Sequence record: DRR378314_880
Direction: 5' to 3' (one strand)
DNA length: 64,000 nucleotides
The notes under the pieces were generated by a model. The model did not search any database. It had not been told where the DNA came from and saw nothing but the letters and a program-made list of their open reading frames with translations. Both the position numbers and the translations under genes were made by a program. Of this stretch, positions 54,642 through 64,000 are shown piece after piece (within the stretch, counting starts at the first letter, position 1; every line of letters starts with the position of its first letter).

Positions 54642-55949
54642 TCAGAAAATGGGTGGCAGCGGTATCACGTTGCCATTGATATCCAGGGCGAGATCTTCCA
54701 GCGTGCCCTGGATTCGCAAGCGGTCACCCTCCTGCACCACCATACCCTGCTTGATTAAAGGCGCTACCTGCATCCCCAGATCCGGATGCTGCTCCACCAG
54801 GGCCAGCGGCATACTGAGCTCCAGGTTGCCAGTCAACCGTTGCATCACCATCATCATCTGATCTTTCTCTTCCTCAGACAGAGACGGGTGCTGCACCGTG
54901 ATCTGGCCATTAACCGCGCCATAAGGCGTGGCCAGGGACAGTTCCGGAAACCCGAACGAGAAGCCGTTGGCCGCAAGGCCCAGCATGGCCTGATTGATGC
55001 GGTTCATAGACTCCATCTGTTGCTGCATCATGGCACGAGAGTCGCCCCCCGCAGTATTCAGAGCAGCCGTCTGCAACTCCGTCATGGCGGTTGTCAGGTC
55101 ACTCCAGCTTTGAACATCCAGGCCACTGAACACCACTTCCAGTCGGTGGGGGCCGAAACTTTCGTCGTCTGCCGTTACCTTTTCCAGCGTAACAACGGCC
55201 TCGGAATCAATACTTTTTCCGTCATCGTCCGTGGTGGTCTCACCACTCATGGCAAACTCATCAAAGCGAAGGTTGGGCTCCCCCCGTGCGGCCACTTCAA
55301 GACGCGCCAGCGACATATCCCCACCCCCTAGCCAGACCTCACCCGTCAGGTGTTCCATGGTCTGTTCAAGGCGAAAATCCTCGATGCTGATGCGCAAGTC
55401 CGGCCCACGAATCACGGCGCCCGGCCAGAGCATAAGGAGGTCAGCGTGTGAACCGTTGCCACTGATCTCGGCCCGGCTATAGCTTTCCGACAGGTCGAAG
55501 GACTCACCGGTTTCCTCGTCGATCACGCTCACAGCCGGCACGGAAAGCTCGGCGGTCGCCGTTCCCCACAGCCGGGTCTCAAGGGTCAGCCTGGGTTTTT
55601 CATCCGGGAAGATCTTCTCGACTTCCGCGCCAAGCTCGGAGGGTGGGGTAAAGTCAATCAGGCTGCCGGTCACACCATGGCTTACCCGGGCCTGGTAGTC
55701 GAATGCGTGCTCCTCGCCGGTCTCCGGATTCTGGACCGTGATGGTGCCGGTGAACTCGGCTCCCATGTAGCCCCGGTCATAGTCCCGGGTTTGCAGCTTG
55801 AACAGGGGCTGCGCCTGATTGACTTCGGCAGTGACACTCTGCCATTGCTGCTCGGTCACGTAGCCGACAGCCCAGGGCGCGACCACGCCAACCGCCAGCA
55901 CGGCGGCACCGGCAAACATCCATTGCTTTTTCAACTGCTTTATCTCCAT
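54642..55949 (-). CDS. YdgA/DUF945-like protein
   Basis: N-terminal anchor followed by APW.VG...E, YDRGY, VSHG; C-terminal INGNVIPLP. Confidence 0.7.
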   Translation of the reverse strand: MEIKQLKKQWMFAGAAVLAVGVVAPWAVGYVTEQQWQSVTAEVNQAQPLFKLQTRDYDRGYMGAEFTGTITVQNPETGEEHAFDYQARVSHGVTGSLIDFTPPSELGAEVEKIFPDEKPRLTLETRLWGTATAELSVPAVSVIDEETGESFDLSESYSRAEISGNGSHADLLMLWPGAVIRGPDLRISIEDFRLEQTMEHLTGEVWLGGGDMSLARLEVAARGEPNLRFDEFAMSGETTTDDDGKSIDSEAVVTLEKVTADDESFGPHRLEVVFSGLDVQSWSDLTTAMTELQTAALNTAGGDSRAMMQQQMESMNRINQAMLGLAANGFSFGFPELSLATPYGAVNGQITVQHPSLSEEEKDQMMMVMQRLTGNLELSMPLALVEQHPDLGMQVAPLIKQGMVVQEGDRLRIQGTLEDLALDINGNVIPLPPIF

Positions 55950-55997
55950 TACAGCGCCCACTTCGCCCACGATCGTTCCAGGCGGTGTGGGTTATCG

Positions 55998-58136
55998 TTA
56001 TTTTCCGGTCAGGCGTTCGAGCAGGACCAGTTGGGACGCCAGGCGATCCTCGCCTTCCGCCGGCTGATTCTGAATGTAACTGCCGTCCGGCTGCAAGACC
56101 CAGGACTGACAATTGTCCGCCAGGTAGGTGTCCAGGTCTTCGCGGACACGGGCAATCAAGGCCGGATCCTCAATCGGAAAGGCGGTTTCCACGCGGCTCA
56201 GCAGGTTCCGCTCCATGCCGTCGGCACTGGATCCATAGACCTCCGGCCGGCCATTGTTGCCGAAATAGTAGACCCGGGTGTGTTCCAGGAAACGGCCAAT
56301 GATGGAGCGCACCCGTATGTTGTCCGACAGCCCCGGCACTTCCGGCCTCAGACAGCAGATGCCTCGAATGATCAAATCGATTTTCACACCCGCCTGAGAC
56401 GCACGATACAGTGCCTTGATCAGCTCCCGCTCGGTCAACGCATTGAATTTGAAAATAATACGACCCTTGGGACCCAACTCCGCTTCGCGATCGACAAGCC
56501 CCAGAAGGCGGGCGTGGAGTGTGAAGGGCGAGTGGAAAAGTTTCTTTATCTTCAACGCCTTGCCCATTCCTGTCAGCTGCTGAAACAGCTTGTTGACATC
56601 ATCACCAATGGATTCGTCACAGGTCATGTAACTGTAGTCGGTGTACAGGCGGGCATTGCCCGCATGGTAGTTCCCGGTGCCCAGGTGCACATAACGCCGT
56701 AGTTTTCCTTCCTCGCGACGCACGATCAGGATCATCTTGGCGTGGGTCTTGTAACCCACCACACCGTAGACCACGATCACGCCTGCTTCCTGCAGCCGAC
56801 TGGCCAGCTCCAGGTTTTCCGCCTCGCTGAACCGGGCGCGCAGCTCAATGATCGCGGTCACCTCCTTGCCACGCCGGGCGGCGTCCATCAGCGCTTCGAC
56901 GATTTCCGAGTCGGCACCGGTGCGATACAGGGTCTGGCGGATCGCCAATACCTGAGGATCCTTGGCGGCTTGGCGCAGCAGGTCCGTGACGGGGCTGAAG
57001 TTCTCATAAGGATGCAACAACAACAGCGGACGCTTGCGGATCGCATCGAACATGGATTCCTTGGCGCGGATCTGGCGAGGAATCGACGGCGAGAAGCCGG
57101 AATAGGTCAGGTCCTGACGATCCACCAGCCCACCGACCGCCATCAGGCGGGTGAGGTTGACCGGGCCGTGCACCTGGTAAAGGTCGCGATCGGTCAGACC
57201 AAACTCACGCAGCAGGAAATGCACGAGCTCCTCCGGGCAATTGTCCGCCACCTCCAGTCGCACACCATCGCCAAAACGCCGACTCAGCAATTCGCCCCGC
57301 AGAGCCGAGGCCAGATCTTCCAGGTCGTCCTCCAACTCAAGGTCAGCGTTACGGGTCAGTCGGAACTGGTAGCAGCCCTTCACTTCCATTCCCGGAAACA
57401 GTTCGTCCGCGTGGGCGTGAATCATGGAAGACAGGAACACCAGGTTGTCGCCACCGTTACAGACGTCGTCCGGCAATCGTACCAGTCGCGGCAGGGAGCG
57501 TGGCGCAGGCACGATGGCCATACCGGTTTCCCGGCCAAAGGCATCTTTACCGTCCAGTTCAACAATGAAGTTCAGACTTTTATTCACCAGGCGCGGGAAC
57601 GGATGCGAGGGATCAAGCCCGATGGGGCTGACCACCGGCAGGATTTCTTCCTCGAAATAGCGGCGTACCCATTCGGCCTGCGCTTCTGTCCATTCACGCC
57701 GCCGAACGAAGTGAATGTTTTCCTGCTCCATCTCGGGGATCAGGACGTTATTCAGGATGTCGTACTGTTCGCGGATGTACTCGTGGGCCACCCGGCTGAT
57801 CTCACCCAGCACCTGCTCCGGCATCATGCCGTCCGACCCCAGGGTTTCCCGGCCGTATTTGATCTGCTGGCGAAGGCCCGCCACCCGGATCTCAAAGAAC
57901 TCATCCATGTTGCTGCTGAAGATGCAGCAGAACATCAGCCGGTTGATCAGAGGGTGCGTTGTATCCAGGGCCTGTTTGAGCACGCGGTAGTTGAACTGCA
58001 GTTGGCTCAGTTCCCGATTGAAGTAATTTTGCTGGGCGGCAACATCCACGTCGGCGCCCGAAGGCGGAACTTCCACGGGCGCGGGAACGGCCTGGGTATC
58101 AACGGCCTTCAGGTTTTTTGCAGATTCAGTAGTCAT
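55998..58136 (-). CDS. ppk1: Polyphosphate kinase 1
   Basis: NRELS.L.FN.RVL, HPY, KTHAK, GTGNY, GRFLEH. Confidence 0.97.
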   Translation of the reverse strand: MTTESAKNLKAVDTQAVPAPVEVPPSGADVDVAAQQNYFNRELSQLQFNYRVLKQALDTTHPLINRLMFCCIFSSNMDEFFEIRVAGLRQQIKYGRETLGSDGMMPEQVLGEISRVAHEYIREQYDILNNVLIPEMEQENIHFVRRREWTEAQAEWVRRYFEEEILPVVSPIGLDPSHPFPRLVNKSLNFIVELDGKDAFGRETGMAIVPAPRSLPRLVRLPDDVCNGGDNLVFLSSMIHAHADELFPGMEVKGCYQFRLTRNADLELEDDLEDLASALRGELLSRRFGDGVRLEVADNCPEELVHFLLREFGLTDRDLYQVHGPVNLTRLMAVGGLVDRQDLTYSGFSPSIPRQIRAKESMFDAIRKRPLLLLHPYENFSPVTDLLRQAAKDPQVLAIRQTLYRTGADSEIVEALMDAARRGKEVTAIIELRARFSEAENLELASRLQEAGVIVVYGVVGYKTHAKMILIVRREEGKLRRYVHLGTGNYHAGNARLYTDYSYMTCDESIGDDVNKLFQQLTGMGKALKIKKLFHSPFTLHARLLGLVDREAELGPKGRIIFKFNALTERELIKALYRASQAGVKIDLIIRGICCLRPEVPGLSDNIRVRSIIGRFLEHTRVYYFGNNGRPEVYGSSADGMERNLLSRVETAFPIEDPALIARVREDLDTYLADNCQSWVLQPDGSYIQNQPAEGEDRLASQLVLLERLTGK

Positions 58137-58194
58137 TGCTTACTGCTTCCATTATCCGGGGCCGGCTCGGCACCCTGCTGGTGACTGTAACCTG

Positions 58195-59247
<1,053 letters not shown>

Positions 59248-59328
59248 TCATACACGCCCGCAAGCGGCGGTGGCAGGGCCTACAGCTGAACCGCAGGCTT
59301 AGGCTACTATGCCCAGATGAAAGGAATG

Positions 59329-60360
59329 TTACCGGATGGAGTCCAGTGCCTCGGCGCGGAGCTTTTCCGCACCCTCAAAGTAGTCGTCCCTGAGAGACTC
59401 GATCGCGGCTTTGCGCTCCGGGCCCGCTAGCCCCATGCCCTCAAGTTCCGCCAGGTCCTGGCTGTAAGCTTGCCACTTGGCCTCCCATGCCTGCTGTTCG
59501 GCTTCCACTTTCTCCAGTTCACGGGCCGCCTCGACACCGAAACGCTCTTCCCGCCAGGCACGCAGGGCCTGAGGATCATCCGCGAATTCCGAGCGTGCAC
59601 GCTGATAGTCGGTGAATTTGCGGGTTTCCCGCCGAGCCTCGCGCAGCGGTTCTGGCAAAGCCTCTTCGGCCTTTGCCAGCGCCTGCTCACGCTCCTTCTG
59701 GGACAGCGACGTATCGGTTCGGATACGCAACTGTTCGACCTGGAAACGGTCCACCGCTTCGTCTGTTGCAAAGAAGGCGTCGGCAGTCTGCGCATCCATC
59801 CATGTTCGCCGCAGGGCCCGTATTTCCGCCATTCGCCGCTGCATGTCCTCCGCACTCGTGGTAGCGGCAACGCCATAGGCTGCCTCCAGGTCACCCAGAG
59901 CCAGCTTGTAATCCAGGTAATCACCCAGGGTGTCGAGGGCTTCCGATCGGGCCGGCTCTTCAAGACGAGCCAATGCCTGCTGTATCCGGGCAACCAGCTG
60001 GGGTAACGTCTCTTCGCCGAGAGCAGCCAGATAATATTCGAACAACTGACGCAACTGCGGCGTGGGCACCAATGATCCGTTGGCGTCGGTTTCGGACCAG
60101 CCACCCGGCACATTGGTGCCTGCCAACGACGCAGGTAATGTATCCGGCACGACAACCCGGGCATCGCCCACCAGTTCTGAGGGCGCTTCACGCTCGGACG
60201 GTCGATTCGCAACGCGCGTGACACTGCGTTCCCTATCAGCGTTTGTGTCAACGGCTTGTCGAGGCGCCGCGGGATCATGACCGAAGAAAATAACCACGCT
60301 CGCCGCAATCAGCATCAGGGCCACAAGCGCCAATGTTGCGTACCGAAGGAACCCTCTCAT
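59329..60360 (-). CDS. Lipase-specific foldase (lipase chaperone)
   Basis: N-terminal TM anchor; PASLAGT..PG and RQLFEYYLAALGE (foldase RxxFDY(F/C)L(S/T)A-like motif). Confidence 0.85.
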   Translation of the reverse strand: MRGFLRYATLALVALMLIAASVVIFFGHDPAAPRQAVDTNADRERSVTRVANRPSEREAPSELVGDARVVVPDTLPASLAGTNVPGGWSETDANGSLVPTPQLRQLFEYYLAALGEETLPQLVARIQQALARLEEPARSEALDTLGDYLDYKLALGDLEAAYGVAATTSAEDMQRRMAEIRALRRTWMDAQTADAFFATDEAVDRFQVEQLRIRTDTSLSQKEREQALAKAEEALPEPLREARRETRKFTDYQRARSEFADDPQALRAWREERFGVEAARELEKVEAEQQAWEAKWQAYSQDLAELEGMGLAGPERKAAIESLRDDYFEGAEKLRAEALDSIR

Positions 60361-60504
60361 GAATGCAGCCTGCTTAAGGATCAAATGTGGAGTGAGTAAC
60401 GGTCATAACGGGCGGAACACGCTATTCTAAAGAATGCAGCATAGAGGAATGCGGAGTACAGCGGTGAGACTGGCGTCAAACAACCATAAAACGACGAGCG
60501 AAAC

Positions 60505-60529
60505 GGCCGCAGCCTCCGGGGCTGCGGCC
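60505..60529 (-). terminator. Hairpin after the sutA-like gene
   Basis: GGCCGCAGCC-N5-GGCTGCGGCC followed by GTTT on the minus strand. Confidence 0.6.
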
Positions 60530-60537
60530 TCACGAAT

Positions 60538-60759
60538 TCAGAGAGAGCGATTGTTAAAGCCGACATCCACCTTGCGGGAGGGGTCCGACCGGAATGCCGT
60601 ATCCACTTCCTGAATTCTGCCACCCTGATTCAGAAACGATTCGATATCCTGCTGCAGCTGGGCGCGGATACGCGCACGGCCGGCAATGGAGTGTGTATCG
60701 TCGCTGTCATGTGTCCAGCTACCGGATTGCTCCAGATTGCTTTCGTCGAATTCACTCAT
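60538..60759 (-). CDS. sutA: SutA-like small RNA polymerase-binding factor
   Basis: Acidic N-terminus then S...R...RAQLQQDIESFLNQGGRIQEVD....DP.RK...F..R.L, resembling the Pseudomonas SutA core as I recall it; GGAG RBS. Confidence 0.72.
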   Translation of the reverse strand: MSEFDESNLEQSGSWTHDSDDTHSIAGRARIRAQLQQDIESFLNQGGRIQEVDTAFRSDPSRKVDVGFNNRSL

Positions 60760-60982
60760 GATTTTCTCCATCAACGAAAACACTACAACGAGCGCACCAA
60801 GCCCATTATGGCAGGCCGCCCCATCTCGGCGGGTGAGCCTTGGAACCCGCCTTGGCGTCTTTATAATCCGCTTTCGGTTGCAACGCTATTTCCTGACAAC
60901 GCATTTTTTGTAAATTTTTGTAACCAATTCCATAATATTGTTTTTAAAGAATAATATGAACCAAGCTATACTGGTCTATTGA

Positions 60983-61009
60983 TTGACACAAAGAATGAAT
61001 AATGATTCA
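60983..61009 (+). promoter_or_regulatory. TTGACA plus TGAAT-N4-ATTCA inverted repeat (probable TetR autoregulatory operator)
   Basis: TTGACA at 60983; TGAATaatgATTCA at 60996-61009, 20 bp before the TetR start; no clear -10. Confidence 0.55.
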
Positions 61010-61028
61010 CTACTTATAGGGACCCCGC

Positions 61029-61661
61029 ATGGCCTATCGGGAAACGGAAAAAATGCGCAATCGCAAGGCCGAGGCCCGCAAGCGCATTATCGAATGCACT
61101 TACGAATGCGTAGCCGGCGGCGGCTTTCGCAGCGCCCAGATTACGCGCATTGCCGCTTGCGCCGGCGTTGCCACCGGAACCATCTACCGGCATTTTGAGT
61201 CCAAGGAACACTTGTTCGCGGAAATTTTCAGGATTGCAACGCAGCGGGAAGTGGACAAGGTTGCAGAGGCACTGGCCATAGAGGGCAACGCCGTCAAGCG
61301 GCTCGAAACAGCCCTTCGCCAGTTTGCGGAGAGGGCCCTCAGGGGGCCGGTGATGGCTTGGTCGCTGATTGCCGAACCGGTGGATCCGAAGGTTGAAGAA
61401 GAGCGCCTCAAGTTTCGCCGCGCCTATGCCCAGTTATTTGAACAGGCGATCCGGGAGGGGATGGATGAACGCAGCATCCCAGACCAGGACGCCAGGCAAA
61501 GCAGTACCTGCCTCGTGGGTGCTATCGCCGAAAGCCTTGTCGGGCCGTTATCGCCCGCCCAGGCAGACAGGGTCTCCGAGGCCCCGACCAATGATTATGA
61601 TCCGCTGGTCGACTCCATCATTTGCTTTTGCATGCAGGGGTTGACTGGCACCAGGAGGTAA
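61029..61661 (+). CDS. TetR-family transcriptional regulator
   Basis: IAACAGVATGTIYRHFESKEHLF HTH. Confidence 0.92.
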   Translation: MAYRETEKMRNRKAEARKRIIECTYECVAGGGFRSAQITRIAACAGVATGTIYRHFESKEHLFAEIFRIATQREVDKVAEALAIEGNAVKRLETALRQFAERALRGPVMAWSLIAEPVDPKVEEERLKFRRAYAQLFEQAIREGMDERSIPDQDARQSSTCLVGAIAESLVGPLSPAQADRVSEAPTNDYDPLVDSIICFCMQGLTGTRR

Positions 61662-61663
61662 AC

Positions 61664-63367
61664 ATGAACGCCCGCCAGCCCCTGCCGCAGGATACAGCAC
61701 CCTCTGCTGGTGACGACCGTTACCTGGCCGCCACCCATGAGGTTTTCAACCAGCCGCCGGCACTGCAGGACTACAACCTGTATGAACAGGACACGGCCCT
61801 ACAGGAAGCCGTTGCCCGGGAGGGCGCAGCTGCGGCCACCGACGACCTGAAACGGTTCGGCGCACTGGCCGGTGCGGCGGAAACCATCGAACTCGGATTC
61901 CGCGCCAACGAAAACAAGCCTGCGTTCAGCACCCATGACCGCTTCGGCCACCGGATTGATCAGGTGGACTTCCATCCCGCCTACCACCAACTGATGACAC
62001 TGGCGATGGAAAATGGCCTACACAGCAGCCCCTGGGTCAACCCCGGCGCAGGCGCCCACGCCACCAGGGCCGCACGGTACTATATGCACTCCCAAGTGGA
62101 AGCGGCCCATTGCTGCCCCATCACCATGACCTTCGCTGCGGTTCCATCAATTCGCAAGCAACCGGAACTGGCCGCGGTCTGGGAAAACAAAATCCTCGCC
62201 AACCACTACGACCCCCGCAACGTGCCCGACAGCTACAAACAATCCGTCACCATCGGCATGGCCATGACGGAAAAGCAGGGCGGCAGCGACGTCCGGGCCA
62301 ACACCACCCGGGCCTACGCCGTCGGTGCCGAAGGCTCCGGACAAGCCTATGAACTGGTCGGCCACAAATGGTTTGTCTCCGCCCCCATGTGCGATGCGTT
62401 CCTGGTCCTGGCCCAGACTCGAAGCGGCCTGTCCTGCTTCCTGATGCCCCGCTGGCGCCCGGACGGCAGCAAAAACCCCTGGCAGATCCAGCGCCTGAAA
62501 AACAAGATGGGCAACGTCGCCAACGCCTCCAGCGAAGTGGAACTGCGTGGTGCACTGGCCTGGATGGTTGGCGAGGAAGGCCGCGGAGTGCCCACCATCA
62601 TCGAAATGGTCGCCATGACCCGCTTCGACTGCATGATCGGCAGCTCTGCCGGCATGCGCCAGGCTCTTGCCCAGGCCTCTCACCACTGTCGTCACCGCAG
62701 CGCCTTCGGCGGACGGCTCAGCGAACAGCCACTGATGCAGAACGTCCTGGCAGACCTGGCTCTGGAAAGCGAAGCCGCCCTCGCCTACACCATGCGCGTG
62801 GCCCGATCGCTGGACAGCCAGCACCTGGAGCACGAACGCCTGCTGGCAAGGCTGGCCACCCCGGTCGGTAAATACTGGATCTGCAAACGCACCCCCAACC
62901 ACGCCTACGAAGCCATGGAGTGCATCGGCGGCAGCGGCGTGATGGAAGACTGCATCATGCCCCGCCTCTTGCGGGAATCCCCGGTCAACGCCATCTGGGA
63001 GGGCAGCGGCAACGTCCAGTGCCTGGACACCCTGCGCGCCCTGCAAAAGGAGCCAGACACCCTTGATGCCTTCTTCAACGAAGCCGCCGAAGCCCGCGGC
63101 GCCGACGCCCGCTTCGACCGTTTTCTGGCCCAGTTGCAAAACGACTTCGCCGACATCAGCGACTTCGAATACCGCGCCCGCAACCTGGTGGATCGCCTGG
63201 CCCTCTTGATGCAGTCCTCGCTGCTGCTGAGAAACTCCGACCCTGCCGTCGCCGACGCCTTCTGCGCCTCTCGCCTGGAACACAACGGCGGCCTGAACTA
63301 CGGCAACCTGCCCTCCGGCACCGACCCGGCGGCTATTATCAAACGGGCAACGCCTGTAGTAGGCTAG
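61664..63367 (+). CDS. aidB: AidB-like acyl-CoA dehydrogenase
   Basis: THEVFNQP, CPITMT, MAMTEKQGGSDV, GHKWF.SAP, NAIWEGSGN. Confidence 0.88.
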   Translation: MNARQPLPQDTAPSAGDDRYLAATHEVFNQPPALQDYNLYEQDTALQEAVAREGAAAATDDLKRFGALAGAAETIELGFRANENKPAFSTHDRFGHRIDQVDFHPAYHQLMTLAMENGLHSSPWVNPGAGAHATRAARYYMHSQVEAAHCCPITMTFAAVPSIRKQPELAAVWENKILANHYDPRNVPDSYKQSVTIGMAMTEKQGGSDVRANTTRAYAVGAEGSGQAYELVGHKWFVSAPMCDAFLVLAQTRSGLSCFLMPRWRPDGSKNPWQIQRLKNKMGNVANASSEVELRGALAWMVGEEGRGVPTIIEMVAMTRFDCMIGSSAGMRQALAQASHHCRHRSAFGGRLSEQPLMQNVLADLALESEAALAYTMRVARSLDSQHLEHERLLARLATPVGKYWICKRTPNHAYEAMECIGGSGVMEDCIMPRLLRESPVNAIWEGSGNVQCLDTLRALQKEPDTLDAFFNEAAEARGADARFDRFLAQLQNDFADISDFEYRARNLVDRLALLMQSSLLLRNSDPAVADAFCASRLEHNGGLNYGNLPSGTDPAAIIKRATPVVG

Positions 63368-63429
63368 GATATTAGTCTGCTGGAAGATGTCTGGCGTCTG
63401 ATATAGCGGACTCCACCTCAAAGGTTCGC

Positions 63430-63542
63430 GAACCGGTGGGGGAGGCCTTTCCAAAACTGTGCGAAGCCATGGATGGCGGAGCCCAAGCGCCCCAGGGATG
63501 GGCCGCAGGAGCGTGTTTTGGAAAGGCCTCCCCCACCGGTTC
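63430..63542. repeat. 113-bp palindromic intergenic element (REP/MITE-like) with internal GGA hairpins
   Basis: Perfect 28-bp inverted arms GAACCGGTGGGGGAGGCCTTTCCAAAAC (63430-63457) and GTTTTGGAAAGGCCTCCCCCACCGGTTC (63515-63542). Confidence 0.85.
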
Positions 63543-63567
63543 CAACACCAAAGCCGGAAGCAAAGAA

Positions 63568-63909
63568 ATGTCCGAAGCCCTCAGAAAGCTACTGAACCAA
63601 GGCAACCCCCAACAACCAGTGATCACGCCTCACGTGGGCATTCTGACCCTGCACTTCCAGCTTTACGGCTGCGAAGACCTGAAAGCCAAGCGCAAGGTCT
63701 TCACCGCCCTGAAAGCCGTCTGGGGCAAAGAACCCGATCTGGCGGTCGCCGAAACCGCCGACCAGGACGCCCTCGACTGCGCCACCTGGACCATCGCTGC
63801 CCTGGGCGGCACATCGCAACAGATCTCACAGCGCCTGGACCAGATCGAAAAAGCCATACAGGAGCGCATCGACGCTGCCATACTGGACGTACACCGAGAG
63901 ATACTTTGA
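63568..63909 (+). CDS. DUF503 (YlxP-like) family protein
   Basis: HVGILTLHFQL.GCEDLKAKR...LK...LAVAET..QD pattern; start uncertain. Confidence 0.75.
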   Translation: MSEALRKLLNQGNPQQPVITPHVGILTLHFQLYGCEDLKAKRKVFTALKAVWGKEPDLAVAETADQDALDCATWTIAALGGTSQQISQRLDQIEKAIQERIDAAILDVHREIL

Positions 63910-64000
63910 CCCTCCCCCCGAGCACAGGCCATGTTGTAGCGTATGGTTTCACGACACCGTATACTACGCCCCCTCAGGGAGAACAGAGCGCCCGGGACAG

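Noticed and set aside
60361-60400. LKQAA upstream of the foldase resembling a lipase C-terminus
   Set aside because: Only a few residues match and the upstream frame has a stop and no lipase similarity; no support for a pseudogene
63436-63567. N-terminal extension of the DUF503 ORF
   Set aside because: It is translation through the palindromic element; the real start is probably 63568 or later

Overview
Mostly core chromosome of a GC-rich (about 60% by eye) marine gammaproteobacterium, most likely Marinobacter (inferred from gene content and order, not verified). Housekeeping loci: trpE(partial)GDC, modABC, crp/osmC-like/speD, argA/argE/argB, a long algC, dut-coaBC/radC, rpmB-rpmG, dsbA/cytochrome c4/engB, coaD, ppk1-hemB. 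Accessory modules: a betaine-type ABC transporter, an AraC-linked lipid cluster with an alkylglycerol-monooxygenase-like desaturase, a gluconate TRAP-GntK-GntR unit with a perfect operator, a LaoRCBA-like long-chain alcohol oxidation unit, an orphan lipase foldase, a SutA-like factor and a TetR-AidB pair. I saw no rRNA, tRNA, CRISPR array, transposase or prophage. The best candidates for something undescribed are (1) a 113-bp element with perfect 28-bp inverted arms enclosing three GGA-loop hairpins (CsrA/RsmA-site-like), (2) an attenuator-like leader before the betaine-type ABC operon, (3) the AGMO-like lipid cluster, (4) a degenerate PilZ/GGDEF/EAL protein and (5) a structured 3' trailer behind the laoR-like gene. 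All calls come from motif recognition by eye; no searches or folding were run.
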